Part shown: piece by piece, positions 11,384 through 23,354 of the stretch
Numbering within the stretch: the first letter of the stretch is position 1
Layout of the letters: each line of letters opens with the position of its first letter
Origin: Octopus vulgaris
Lineage: Eukaryota
Assembly: GCA_951406725.2 (NCBI GenBank)
Contig: OX597831.1
Span: forward strand, 1,674,001 to 1,738,000
DNA: 64,000 nt
Direction: 5' to 3'
Notes under the pieces: model-generated
The model's database searches: none
What the model was told of the DNA's origin: nothing
The model's input: the letters and a program-made list of their open reading frames with translations, nothing else
Program-made: the position numbers and the translations under genes

Positions 11384-11789
11384 ATGTGTAGGCATAAGAC
11401 CTAGTCGTAAGGTAATTGTACTCTTGATCAAAAGGTCAAGAGTTCAATTCCTATTCCAGGAGAGTTGTTGTGTTATGGATAAAGCAACTTCACTTCATGT
11501 TGCTCCAGTCCACTCTGTTGGCAAAAATAAATATTAAGACTGATAGAGCACCCAGTCCATCCTCTTACTACTACTACTACTACTACTATTACTACTACTA
11601 CTACTACTACTACTTGTTTATCCTTAGGTCAGCAACTCTGATTGGGCATTCCAGCCATAACCATCCCATCCCATCCTGTTATTTTTTGTCTGAGATATCA
11701 TTTGAGCTATCATTTGAAGCTTATTTAGCTGCCATTTCTAACAAGTCAACTAACTATTATAGAGTCTTTTAACTGTTGTCATAGATATT

Positions 11790-12014
11790 GATTCCAAATT
11801 TTAGCACAAGACCAGCAGTTTTGAGGATGGGAATAAGTTGATTACATCGACCCCAGTGCTCAACTGGTACTTATTTTATTGACCCCTTCCCCCCAAAAAA
11901 AGGACAAAAGGCAAAGTCAACCTCAGCAGGATTTCAGCTCAGAACGTAAAGACAGATGAAATGCTGCAAAGCATTTTGCCTGACATGCACATTATTCTGC
12001 TAGCTTGCTGCCTT
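11790..12014 (-). mobile_element. SINE family B, older copy
   Basis: GGCAAAGTCAACCTCAGCAGGATTT, CAACTGGTACTTATTTTATTGACCCC. Confidence 0.75.
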
Positions 12015-12454
12015 GGTTGTCATAGATATTGTTGTTGTAATTGTTGTTTATTATCATGATACTTGAATCTACCTAGTTCAAATGTAGGGAGAGAGAAGAG
12101 TTGAGTCTGATAGTCAAAATAAGGCAGGGAAAAAAAACAATGGTTTTTAGATTAATTACACAATAAGAACAACTGCAACACTTAGAAATCCAGAGAAGAC
12201 TCCTCATTGTTATTAAAAGAACAATAGAGACATAAACACAATTAAGAAGATGAAAACATACTGTATTAAAGATATCTGCCCAACTGTCTTCACTTGTCAC
12301 TTAAATGGAGAAGAATTACACAGGGTGAGCACAAAAAACCTTGGTATGGAATATTAGTTTCATTCATTCATTCATTCCTACATAAATACATATTATGTAT
12401 ACATACAAACAAAAAATACTGAATATGAATGTGCTTATGTATATGTCTGTGTGT

Positions 12455-12813
12455 AGCCTGGTGCAGCCTCCTGGCTTCCCAGACCCTGGTCGAACCGTCC
12501 AACCCATGCTAGCATGGAAAACAGATGTTAAACAATAATGATGATGATGTATATATATCAAAGCATTTGCTGTTTATATAAATGTGTGTATGTATGGGTA
12601 TGAGTGTGTATATATTTATATATATATATATGGGTGGGATACCATGCAAAAAACACAGTCCACTCTGTAAGGTGGTTGGTGTTAGGAAGGGCATCCGGCC
12701 ATTAAAAAACCCTGCCAAAGCAGACAGTGGAGCCTGGTGCAGTCTTCTGCTTGCCTAGCCCCTGTCAAACCATCCAACCCATGTCAGCATGGAAAACAGA
12801 CGGTAGATGATGA
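12455..12813 (+). mobile_element. Two SINE C 3' fragments separated by a microsatellite
   Basis: Two CCAACCCATG..AGCATGGAAAACAGA...GATGAT tails. Confidence 0.75.
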
Positions 12814-12825
12814 TATATACACATA

Positions 12826-13332
12826 CAATACTGGACCAATTATCCAGCAATTTAGAATCAGAAGTGTCCCAGATTTCTGGTTTTCTGAAGATAGTCCAAT
12901 TATATACTAAAAATATTAAACAAACTATGAAAAGTACAGAAGTAAACTGTATTAAACAGATTCAAATCATTACACTCCTAAAGCAGAGTCTATTTGATAT
13001 TTATTAATCCACTTAAAATTCTTAAAATACATCGTACTGTTAACATGTACACAGTATAATGTTTATAGGATGAAAATTATTTGAAGGAAAATAAAGAACA
13101 TGATTTTATTTAAGAGACACTAATACAAATTAATACAATATTAAAGCAGAGTGTGTTTAATCTTTAGCAACCCTCTTAAAAATGTAAAGGACAAAACTGT
13201 TTTTAACATGCTGTATGGAAATTAACCAACTTTGAAACCAGGGTCTGTTTACTCAGTACAGGGTATAGTATATTGCACAGCACTGCACAGTCTTCCTGTA
13301 TTTCTGAAAGCTGGATAAGAGCTCCAGTACTC
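12826..13332. mobile_element. pogo/Tigger-like MITE
   Basis: TA|CAATACTGGAccaaTTATCCAGC ... GCTGGATAAgagcTCCAGTACTC|TA: imperfect ~23-bp TIRs with TA duplication. Confidence 0.55.
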
Positions 13333-14016
13333 TATACATGTATGTAGTGTTTGTGGATTCAAAGTCTGCAGGGATTTCTTACTTTGGTATTGTTTTGTTT
13401 TCTTCTTAAATAATCTAATTAGGGTTGGATAATGCTTAAATATTGGTGTCTAGTTTTGGGAGGATTTGTAGCATATATATATATATATATATAATAAAAA
13501 AAAGAAGAAAATGGAGAAATTGACATAAAGACATTAGTTTATTTAAAGATATTCAAATCAATGACATTCTTATCCCTACACCCGTTTCCATAACCAATTA
13601 ATTCAATTAGGAAAATTAAATTAAAGAAAAATAAGATGGAGAAATTGATACATAGATATCAGTTTATTCAAAAATTTTCAAATCAATATAATATGAAATT
13701 CTTATTCCTACAGCCGTTTACATAGCCAATTAATTCAATTAGAGAAATTAAATTACATTAAATTAGAGAAGTTCATATAATGCTGATTTGAAAATCTTTG
13801 AATAAATTGATGTCTGTATGTCAATTTCTCCATTTTCTTCTTTTTCTCATTCATGAAGAATTTAAATACCCATATTCATCAATGCAAAACTAACGTATTT
13901 AGTTTTTCACAGAACATTGGAAAAACCAGTGAGCTAGGATGCAAACATCCCTTACTGGATTATAGGTCCTTGGCGTAATCATATATATGAATACAAGCAT
14001 TTGCACACACACACAC

Positions 14017-14368
14017 AGTCATTTGACCGTGGCCATGCTGGGTCACTGCCTTGAAGGTATTTTCAGTCAGACAAATCGGCCTGAAGACTTTTTTTTTAAA
14101 CCTTGTACTTATTCTATCAGTCTCTTTTGCCAAACTACTAAGTTATGGGGACATAAACGCACCAACACCTGTTGTCAAGTGGTGATGGGGTACAAACGCA
14201 CACACACACGGCGGGTTTCTTTCAGTTTCCACTACCAAATCTCCTCACACGGCTTTAGTTGGCCTGAGGCTATAATACAAGACACTTACCCAAGGTGCCA
14301 CACAGTGGGACTGAACTCAGAACCATGCAGTTGGCAAGCAAGCTTCTTACCATACATCCACCCTGCAT
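14017..14368 (-). mobile_element. SINE family A
   Basis: Colinear with 25836-26255. Confidence 0.8.
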
Positions 14369-14734
14369 AAAATATTTTCATTAGGTACTTTAGAAGAACT
14401 GGTGTGTGCATGCATTTACACCCTTGTATATTTGTCATATTTGTACTATATATGAATACACTGGTAATTGTAAAAGTATATAACAATGTTTTGTAGGAAT
14501 AAATGGGTTTAAAATTGTATAAATCTCCTCCTCTTTTTTCTCCAAAATATGGCAATTATCTTAATTAACGAAGGAAGAGGAAAAAGAGGCAGGTGGTGCG
14601 ACTGATTTAAGTGAACTGGGTTTTGTGTGGTAGATGTTTATAAGAGCCATGGATCTGTTGAAAATAAGCCATTACAAATGTTACATTGTGTATAGGCTAG
14701 TGTTGAATTCCTCTGCTGATATTATATATTACAT

Positions 14735-14885
14735 AGGTGCAGGCATGGCTGTGTGGTTAAGAAGCTTGATTCCTAACCTTTGAGTTCAGTCTCACTGTAC
14801 AGTATCTTGGGCAGATGTGTTCAGCTATAGCCCCAGGCTGACCAAAACTTTCTTCAGTGGATTTGGTAGATGAAAACTAAAAAAA
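14735..14885 (+). mobile_element. SINE family A head
   Basis: GCAGGCATGGCTGTGTGGTTAAGAAGCTTG...GAGTTCAGTC...TTGGGCAGATGTG...GGATTTGGTAGA. Confidence 0.7.
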
Positions 14886-14918
14886 GAGAGAGCATGATAA
14901 TGAACATATATATATATA

Positions 14919-15100
14919 GTTAATCCAAACATGAAAACACAAAGAGAAAACACAACAATGCGAGGACGTGGAACAAGTATAGTATTATTGGATGCTTAGG
15001 AAAGGAGGGTTTAACGTTTCGAGCGGAGCTCTTCATCAGAAACATAGGAAAAGGAAAGATCCAAAGAAGAGAAGACGGAGGAAAAAATAATCGCCAATGG
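14919..15100 (-). mobile_element. Short Penelope-like/retrozyme-like element abutting (TA)n
   Basis: Homologous to 58198-58408; carries a hammerhead; 3' end ...GGATTAAC joins (TA)n. Confidence 0.75.
15009..15043 (-). ncRNA. Minimal type I hammerhead ribozyme, intact core
   Basis: Minus strand gttt-CTGATGA-a-gagc(tcc)gctc-GAAA-cg-TT-aaac: stems I and II paired, palindromic AACGTT stem III. Confidence 0.8.
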
Positions 15101-15234
15101 TGGGCATCCAGCTGTAGAAACACTGCCAGATCAGACTGGAGCCTGGTGCAGCCCCTGGCTTCCCAGACCCCGGTTGAACCGTCCAACCCGTGCTCGCATG
15201 GAAAACGGATGTTAAACGATGATGATGATGATGA
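15101..15234 (+). mobile_element. SINE C 3' part
   Basis: GGGCATCCAGCTGTAGAAAC...GTTAAACGATGATGATG. Confidence 0.85.
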
Positions 15235-15292
15235 TATATATAGTTGAAATTTACAGGAAAACAAGACAAAGACTGGTGTATGAACAACAAGC

Positions 15293-15344
<52 letters not shown>

Positions 15345-15632
15345 TTGCTGCATAGAGTATGTGCAGTTCTGTATGCAACCTGCAATATTCTGCTATGCAC
15401 CTTCAATCAGTCTTTCCACAAGCATTAAATTCTCTGTAATCTTTATAATTGCTTTGGATTTACATTCCTGAAAATATTTAAAATCCACCAAAGAAAACCT
15501 GTACTTACCCATCAGAATACAGTGGAATTGCTCATCCTAAGAAACCCTTGGTGCTTCTTACTATTTGATGTGGTTAGTTGGAACCTGGATTATAGCAGAG
15601 AGCTCTCAGAGTACCTGCCTGAATTATTCATT

Positions 15633-15674
<42 letters not shown>

Positions 15675-15775
15675 TAAATTTCAGGGTAGCAAAAGAATTT
15701 AGAAAAATTCTTTGCTACCAGTAGTCTAGCGAGAAGAAAAAAATCTAGTCAATAGACTATATATTATTCATATAA

Positions 15776-16011
15776 AAATACTGTGTACATTTAAACACAT
15801 AAGAGATGGCCATAACAGGACATCTGACTCGCTAGGGAATGAAAAATAAAAAACATTTACCCTCTATTTCCTGTACCATAGTACAGGAAATAGAGGGTAA
15901 ATGTTTTTATTTTTCATTCCCTTTAGAAACTACCCCTAATAGTGGTATGGAGTAGCAAGTCAGATGTCCTGTTATGGCCAGCTCTTATGTGTTTAAATGT
16001 ACACTGTATTT
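15776..16011. repeat. Long nested palindrome
   Basis: Inner arms 15835-15876/15881-15921 and outer arms 15776-15834/15953-16011. Confidence 0.9.
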
Positions 16012-16249
16012 ATACACACATACACACACTGTCTTGACATCATATGGTAGTTCTAAATGAGCATCAGTCATAAAAGTGATGTTCATTTTGAAGCTTCTGG
16101 CTATGCAGAAATAATACTCTACTTCGAAACGGGTGAATTTGGCAACAAGAAGGACAACTAACTGCAGAAAATCTGTGTCAACAATTTCCATCTGACCCAT
16201 GCAAGCATGGAAAAGTAGATGTTAAAACAGTGGTGATGATGTTGAAGTG

Positions 16250-16640
16250 ATCTAAATCAAACCTTCCATTAAAATTTCATGTTAATCCATGTTCCAAATA
16301 AGGTGGCATGGTGAGTTGGCAGAATCATTTGCATGTCAGACAAAATCCTTAACAGCATGTCTTCAGGTACCTTACATTCTGAGTTCTGATATACCAAGGT
16401 CAACTTTGCCTTTCACGCTATTGGGGTCTATAGACTAAAGTATCAACCAAATTCTAGGGTTGAATGTAATTGACTAATCTTCTGCCCCCTTGCTGACTTT
16501 GTTTCAAAATTTGAAGCAATTTATGTTCTAAATACCAGCTTAATAATGACTAAGTATTTTACTAAATTCTTTAGTTTTCGAGATTAATTGAAACAAAGAT
16601 AACAAATTTTAGCAGAAATAGAGTAACAAAAAAGTCAGTA
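16250..16640 (-). mobile_element. MITE family 1 interrupted by an old SINE B (~16300-16520, plus)
   Basis: ACCTTCCATTAAAATTTCATGTTAAT...TTTACTAAATTCTT; SINE core CAACTTTGCCTTTCA. Confidence 0.6.
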
Positions 16641-18314
16641 AACCAGAGCAAAGTTATTTATAGCTGTTTGAACATAATATAGTGAGTGGAAAAGCTTTGA
16701 TTAACTGAGCTTATTCATGCAATTAGTAGAGAAAAACTCCCTCTAGGAGGTAATAAAAAATAAAACTAGTAAAGGAGTTAAATTTGATAAAATCGAATTT
16801 GTTTGGAAACTAACGAATGATTTCGCAATTAGTTTTGTTCATATGTCCTTGAACAGAGAATAAGATGGGATAGCCTGCAAAGAATGGCGAGAGGGATGGT
16901 GTTGTAAGGGTATGGATTTAAAGAAGCAGTTGATCTATTTCTAGTGGGATTTCTTCCTTTCACCTCAACCCACCTGAACTTCTTTCTTTCAATGACCTGC
17001 AAAAACTCTCTCTCTCTCTTCCTCCTTAAAAAAAAGGAAGAGTATTGTGTATTGTATGGAAGAATGTCATGACATACCTCCATTACCTTTTTTTTTGTCA
17101 TTTTTTTCTTCCTTTTTTCTTTTTACTTAATTTTCTTTTTTTCATTCTTTTTTCTCCTTTTACTTCCTTTTTTTGTTTGTTCTTGTTACAATGTACTATT
17201 ACTGCAACTATTACTATCACTACTACTATTACTACTTCCTCCACTATTACCTCTACTACTACTACTACCACCACCTTTACATAGGAATCCATTGCAGAAG
17301 CTTTTGTGGTTCAAATCTGATTAGATTATTTTTAACATCCTGGTAGCCTTCAAAAGGGCAAGATGTTTTTATTTCTTTTGTTTTTCTTTACTTGTTTTGT
17401 TTTGTTTGTTTATCATTTGTTTCTCTTGATTCCCCCACTGCTTTTCTTTTCTTTACTTTAGAGGCAGTCGTGGTGGATATTATCTCCTTTTTCTCTCTAT
17501 TCTTTTCTTTCCATCCTTTCCTCCTTTATTTTATCATTACATGACAAGGTTGGTTATGGCAGTAGTAGTTTCTTTTTTTTTTTTTTTACCTTGTCACATT
17601 CTCCTGTGACAAACCAAAATACTTTCTTCTATTGGGAAAAAGAGGTGTGAGGGTAGGGTAGGGTGGGGCTTTACCAACCTTCACCCTCTCTCACCACTTC
17701 ACCCTCTCTTTCCTTATTTCACTCACAGTGAAAGTAAAGACAGGTGGTAGCAGCAATGATGCTGATGGTTATGTCTCTTCTCTCTTTCTCTTCTGATCAG
17801 CTCCAATCTCGTCTGGAATGCAGTGAAATTTGGACTTCTACAACCCAGATCACAATGTTGTCATTTGCAGTGAAAGATTTAGTTGATCTATGATCAAAAA
17901 GGCACTCCAACTATGACCATCTTAACCTTCTATATACCTGTAACTACATTTGGATGGTAGACTTAACCCATTGCTTGGTTTAACTTCATTAACTGATATC
18001 CTGGGTGCGTTTTGTTGCAAGTATTGCAGACAGATATCTTACGTGAACATATTTTCAGCTCTATATATAGGGATTCTCTCATGAATTTTGAACTATACAG
18101 AAATTCTAAAGTTAAATGGGAGCTAATATATTTAAGAAAAATTTCAACCAATTAAAATTTTACCTGTAATGAAAATGGGTCTTGCCTTGCAAAATACTTG
18201 GTAACCTCACTAGTGCTGGTGCCATAAAAAAAGCACCCTGTAATGTGGTTGGTGTTAGGAACAGCATCAAGCTACAGAAACCTTGTCAAAACAGATATTG
18301 AAAACCAACATAGC

Positions 18315-18571
18315 CATGGGCCTAAGAACAGGGAAGGCAAGAGATGCAAGTGAACCGCCTTAAATTTTTGAGGGGTTAAAAATCAAAATTTGTACCCTTA
18401 CATACCTTTCTCTGGTGTACAATACAGTGCACAAAAAGGGATCTGTAAAAAGTTGCTTGAACAAAGAACAAAGAATAAAAATAAATGATAATAAAAAATA
18501 AGACCTTGTTTTGTAAAAAATTCAAGACCTGGGTTTCTATCCCCTAAGCAAATTTCATTCCCAAGCCAGTG
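18315..18571. mobile_element. Putative hAT-type MITE inserted in a SINE C copy (~18170-18650)
   Basis: CA...TG ends, weak TIR, 8-bp flanking duplication AACATAGC/AACACAGC; the SINE resumes after it. Confidence 0.45.
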
Positions 18572-18964
18572 AACACAGCCCTCAGGCAAGTTGGATACTC
18601 TTGAAACTTTCAATCCATGCCAGCATGGAATATGGACATTAAATGATGATGTAATTATGATGAGGCAGCTTTCAGAGCAAGGGTCTTTCCATGTTTGAGT
18701 TTATGTGAATGTGCTTACATGATTGTTTGGAAATGTGGGTTTGAAAGAGAATAACAGTCCTAGCTTGCTTTCTTGCCTCATGCTCTGGCTTGATGGGGCT
18801 AAGGTCATCCCAGGCTAGTGGTCCCAGAGATTATCATCATGTGTAGAGCCAACCAAGTGCACCAGTGCTCACCATTGCTGGTAGTCTCATGCCAGCCTCT
18901 GTACATACACCCTTCAAAGTGACATCAAGCCTCTGGAGATCTTCCATATTCACTTCCAGTGTTG

Positions 18965-19290
18965 TCATTTAATGTCCACTTTCCATTCTGGCATGGGTTG
19001 GATGGTTTGACAGGAGCTGGCTAGGCAGAAGACTACACCAGGCTTCAGTGTCTATTTTGGTATGTTTTTTTTTATGGTTGAATGCCCTTCCTAACACCAA
19101 CCACTTTACAGAGTGTTATTGTGTATTTTGTAACTAACACTGGCACCAGTGTGTTTTATATGGGCACCATTACCAGTACTTTTTACGTGACACCATCATC
19201 GGTGCTTTTTATGTGGAACCATTACCGGTGCTTTTTACATGGCACCATCACCAGTGCTTTTTATGTGGCACCATGGTTTCTGGATTAACC
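18965..19290 (-). mobile_element. SINE family C, old copy with short internal subrepeats
   Basis: TTTAATGTCCACTTTCCAT..GGCATGGGTTGG; repeated ACCAGTGCTTTTTATGTGGCACCAT. Confidence 0.7.
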
Positions 19291-19819
19291 ATTAAAAAAT
19301 TGCTCCCAAAATAGAAACAAAAAAACTATGTGTAATGTGCCAAAAAATGCGATTGCTATGCCTAGCAGTTTGAGTGACCACACAGAGGTATCATTGTTAC
19401 AAATTTTCGGAATTTCTCATCCTCTTTGTCTCTTCCTCTCTCTCATTCTAGCCGGGCCTCAATTATTTAAGACAGTGATTTCTTTTAGGATAAAAAAAGT
19501 ATTCTAAATGTTCTATTCACTGTAGAACATTTTAAATCTATATATTTATTTTCATTAATCTGGAATTTATTCTTAGAATTCCTAAAACACCAGTGACTAG
19601 TGTCAGAGGAATCCCTAAAAATGGTGAGATGCTGTGTAAAATTCGCTTTCTCTCTCTCTCTCGTTTTTCATTTTTCTTTCTTTTTTTTTTTGCTTAGGAA
19701 TCTGTCATAGATATTTGACTTAGCAAAAGTTCATTTCCTATTCTTTTATGCAAATTTTTAATTTTACACAGAAATAGACCACATATACCCTTCTTCTTCT
19801 GCATTTGTATGTATGTATG

Positions 19820-20391
19820 TGTGCTGGTTGTATGGTTAAGTGGCTGCTTTGCAAATATCTGATTTCAAGTTCAATCCCACTGCTTGACAGCTCAGGCTGT
19901 TGTCTTCAACTATAAATTCTGGCTGACTTAATACCTTGTAAGGGAAATTGAAAGAGGGAACCTGTGAGGAATATTGTTGCATCTGTGTTTGTGTGTGGAT
20001 ATGTATGTGTGTGTGTGTGTGTGTGTGTGTGGATATGTATGTGTGTGTGGATATGTGTGTGTGTGTGGATACATGTGTATGTGTGTTTACATATTGACAT
20101 TTAAACACAATGTACATATGTATGTATATATGTGTGTGAGTGTGTCTATGTTTGTGTCTCCTTGTCTGGACAGTGTGTAATAGTTTTAAATGTATGTCAC
20201 TGTTATATAAGCTGTGTCCTTACTTTCCAATATTCCTGCAAAAACACACCTGAACATAGGGAAATATTACTTTGTTCAGAAACAGGTGAAGATTGGTGAT
20301 GGAAAGTGCATTCAGCTGTAAAAAATTTGCTTCACTAAACTCTCTCCGACCCATGCAAGCATGGAAAAGTAGATGTTAAAATGATGATGAT
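19820..20391 (+). mobile_element. Old composite SINE: family-A-like head, (GT)n, and (GAT)n family-C-like tail
   Basis: GTTCAATCCCACTG..TGTCTTCAACTATA head and CCCATGCAAGCATGGAAAAGTAGATGTTAAAATGATGATGAT tail; similar copies at ~26730-26960, 38395-38770, 59985-60405 (minus). Confidence 0.6.
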
Positions 20392-22579
20392 ACATATATA
20401 TATATATCTTTTTTTTTTTCTTATCTTTTTGCTTGTTTCAGTCATTATATTGTGGCCATTCTGGGGCACTGCTTTGAAGGGTTTCTTAGTTGCACGAATT
20501 GATCCCAGTACTTTTATTTTTTAAAAGCCTCGTACTTATTCTACTGTTCTCCTTTACTGAGCTGCTGAGTTATGGGGTCATAAACAAAACAACATCAGTC
20601 ATCAACTGGTTGTGGGGAACAAAGATACACTCACACATACATGTGTGTGTGTGTGTGTGCATATATGTATATGGAGTGGCAGTGATCTGAAGCAATATAA
20701 CAGTATATTGCTAGAACTACAATGAAATGCTTGGATTGGATTTGAACTCACATACTACGCATTGGTACTCCAGTACTTATCCACTTCACCACAATTATTT
20801 TGTTTCTTCTACCCAATAGTTTACTATCAGATAGAAGAGTTTCATGTCGGATCCCTTCAGTCAATTACAAATATGTAATTGACTGAAGCAGTTTGAATGA
20901 AGGAACATTCTGGTATTTTCCCAAGCCCTTCAACCATAATCCCCATTATGATGATGAGGATCATCATGGTAATCACAGCAATAATCATCATTATAATCTT
21001 AACATTTCTCACCATGCTCCCTGCCTCCTTTTCTGACACAGGATCAACATATCTAGCTTAATACTTTTCCTTTCCTCACACCCATTACTTGCCATTAATT
21101 TCCTCTTTAGAGTTCCCTAAAATAATTGAGAGGATGTAGGGAGGTGGGTTTAAATAAGGATTTCCTTTGGTTAGTGAAGTGGCAGGGCCCTCCCCCCATT
21201 TGTCCTAGCCCCTTCAAACTGAATTTCCTTCACTGCTCCCAAGGAGCAGGGTGGGGTGACAATTATTTCAGTAAACCAGACAACTTTTTATTAGAGCTAT
21301 AATAAGGGATTAAATCAATTGAATCAACCCCAGTATAAAACCGGTACTTATCTACTCGCCCACCACCATTACTAGATTGTTATCATCATGTATCATATAC
21401 TTTACAGCATCTTAGTGACACTACTGTGAAAGTCTTCCCAATTAAGCATGAGTTCTCTCATCAGATGAAGAGAAAGTGTTACTCCATTTGGACTTTCTCG
21501 TAGTGGTTGTGGGGGACAAACACAGACACAAAGGCACATAAGCAGACTTCTTACCATGCAGCCATGCTACATATAGTGTTTTCTTGGCAGAAAGATTGGG
21601 GTAGTTTGCCATTCCCTTCCTCAACTGGATGGCTGTTGGCCCACAAAGAGCTCATCTGGCCTTCGAAAGGTCTTGTTTTTAGTCCTGCTGGGTATCTAGA
21701 TGCCCTCATCATAACAGTAGCAAGCTATTCAAGTGAGGGAGTTGGTTTAGTCTCTGACCACTCAACCATGATTCAGGTAGTATTGGTGTACATGGTACCA
21801 GTAGCAGGTCTGATCAACTTGTAATGAGATCCCTGACCTTAGGAGCAGTGAAGGAAGACTGGCTGGAACGAGCCAGGTTATTACTTGATGGGAAGCAGAA
21901 ATTCATAGTTTGCACTTATTTGAAGATTTGAACTTATCACTCTAAGGTACAAAACTAATGTTTATTAGTTTTGTGAAGCACTAGCTAACAAAGGGATCAC
22001 TACATCATGTCAGTTTGGTAGGCTGGGAGTTACAGCAGAAGGTATTTTCTTTAGGTTCTGCACAATGGGATTGAACCCAAAATAACATGGTTGAGAAGTG
22101 AACTTCTTAACCACACAGTCATGCCAGTATCATTGGTTCCAGATGTTTTTACCTTAGAAGTGCTCCAGAGATCAAATGGAAAATTTTATTAGCTTAGTTA
22201 TGGCTGCATGGTGTTATGAGGTTTGCTTTCCAATCACGTGGTTTTAGTTTGATCCCATTGTATGGAACCTTAGGCAAGTGTCTTCTTCTATATAGCTTTA
22301 GGCTAACCAATCCTAGTGTGTGGATTTGGTAAATGTCTTGGTCTGTTACACCTTATCTGTATAGTAGAGTTTCAAGACCATAGGCTTGTATATATATAAT
22401 AATCATAATAATAATAATCATAATAATAATAAGGGATAAAACTGTTAGAGCTTTTATCAGTGGCCAGCATATAATATAGACCTATTAAGGTGAATTCATA
22501 TATAGAGATTTAAATTAGTATAAAATATGATTATAATTAAGGTATCTTCTATGCCTTTAATTATAATTGTATTTTATAC

Positions 22580-22623
<44 letters not shown>

Positions 22624-22877
22624 GATTATGGATAATTTTGGGTTAATATAATTTGCATAATCAAAAATGTTGAGAGATAATGTGTGTGTGTGTGTGTATA
22701 GTGTATGTGCACTAAATCATATGTATCTACATACATGTTTGATAAATGAATCTATATATAGTGTGTGTGTGTGTTTATATATATATATATATTCACACAC
22801 TCAAATACGCCAGTATGTGAGAACACATCTACATGTAAAGATATACGTCCATCCGTGAACATATATCTGTATTTGTG

Positions 22878-22940
<63 letters not shown>

Positions 22941-23322
22941 GTGTATATATGTATATGTAGCAGTATGCACACACACAACTATATATACATGAAGCTATAA
23001 ACACCTATATAAATTCATGATTTAATGTTCTCTCTCTCTCTCTCTCTCCTCCTCTCTCTCCCAGACACACATCTATGTAGCTGCCCAAAACTCAGTGGTG
23101 AACTGTAGTTATAAACAAATTTGTTTCTTAACTGACATACCTGACATAGTTTAGAAATCTTTCATATGAGTAATTATTTTAGGTCTAATTAAAAAGAAGA
23201 AATAGAATTTACAGAAATTATTCCAGCTTACTTTTGTGTCCTAAATGAACTGTTTATTGAGTGCAGACATGTGTGTATATACATATACATACATATATAT
23301 ATATATATGTGTGTGTGTGTAA

Positions 23323-23354
<32 letters not shown>

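Noticed and set aside
17774-17893. Plus-strand pyrimidine tract and CAG as an exon
   Set aside because: Short frame ending in a stop, no convincing donor or protein similarity.
18660-18960. Possible RTE C-terminal remnant on the minus strand
   Set aside because: Too degenerate; only a few suggestive residues.
21570-21900. Possible LINE 5' region or ORF 21507..21824
   Set aside because: Only a vague resemblance to RTE UTR words; not enough to call.
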